DNA of 63,872 bases, counting the filler, from Reclinomonas americana ATCC 50394 (lineage: Eukaryota): assembly GCA_048213135.1 (NCBI GenBank). It is 8 parts of 8 records of this genome, joined end to end, with 100 filler letters (N's around TTAATTAATTAA, not from the genome) between each part and the next. Parts side by side here need not be neighbours in the genome. Positions count along the whole stretch, not along the records: positions 62,182 to 63,872 come from AFZH01020259.1; 7 more parts are not named here. One strand, 5' to 3'. Positions within the stretch are counted from its first letter, which is position 1; every line of letters begins with the position of its first letter. Shown here one piece after another: positions 63,457-63,872 of the stretch. Position numbers and translations under genes: made by a program. The notes beneath the pieces are model-generated. The model made no database searches. It was not told where the DNA came from and was given only the letters and a program-made list of their open reading frames with translations.

Positions 63457-63694
63457 GTGAAAGCGGAACGCATGCGCCTTGGGAGCGAAGAAGGTGGCCT
63501 CAACAGTTGCCAGTTGCAGCGCCTTAGGGAAGAGCAACAGAAGGGCCATGAGAGAAAGAGGAATGGACATACTTTGTGGACCGAAGAAGAAGAGAAGGGA
63601 GGCCGATTGCCAGAGGGGAGAGCAAAGAAAAGAGCGCAAGAGCCTGAGCAGCATATCTTCGAGATGAGTGGCTTGCCCCTGCAACATGTTCGCT
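63457..63694 (+). CDS. Possible exon with a degenerate Myb/SANT-like start
   Basis: 'KRNGHTLWTEEEEK...IFEMSGLPLQHVRS' followed by a GTGTGT donor-like site. The resemblance is weak. Confidence 0.25.
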
Positions 63695-63872
63695 CGTGTG
63701 TCAATTTGGCAAAGAGAGACCGCAGAAGAACGTCTTGTCTGCGTCGTGGTGATATAGCCAACAGATTGTCTTTGCTCATAATTTTCGTCCCCTTTCCCTC
63801 TCATCCCCCCTTCCTCCCCTTTCCCCTTATTTCCCTTGGCTCAACACTGATATTACAATAACAAATCATTAC

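Overview
Eukaryotic, GC-rich, very intron-dense genomic DNA, probably from a flagellated protist. Introns are mostly ~55-100 nt. The window holds eight segments joined by artificial 100-nt N/TTAATTAATTAA/N spacers. Genes must be rebuilt by splicing, so most of the six-frame ORFs are shadows. In order, the genes I could rebuild are: FANCI-like (-), a membrane/Zn-motif/LysM/UBA-like protein (+), a multi-C2 protein with a CEP76/CC2D2A-type transglutaminase-like domain (+), a two-pore K+ channel (-), a giant LRR/helical-repeat/PH-like protein (+), an S10 serine carboxypeptidase with 6- and 7-nt micro-exons (-), the N-terminal half of DNA-PKcs (-) with a tRNA-Ile(UAU) gene inside one intron, a TPR + poly-IQ protein (-), CFAP99 (+), two tandem paralogues of an unrecognised gene built from ~1.05-kb multi-exon modules (5 and 4 units), and a WD40 fragment (-). 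The most striking signal is a second major class of 5' splice sites. After exons that do not end in G, the donor is very often GT-T-(GCGT/GAGT/ACGT/TCGT/GTGT), which is the normal donor consensus shifted by one nucleotide. All gene models were built by hand and lack transcript or database confirmation.
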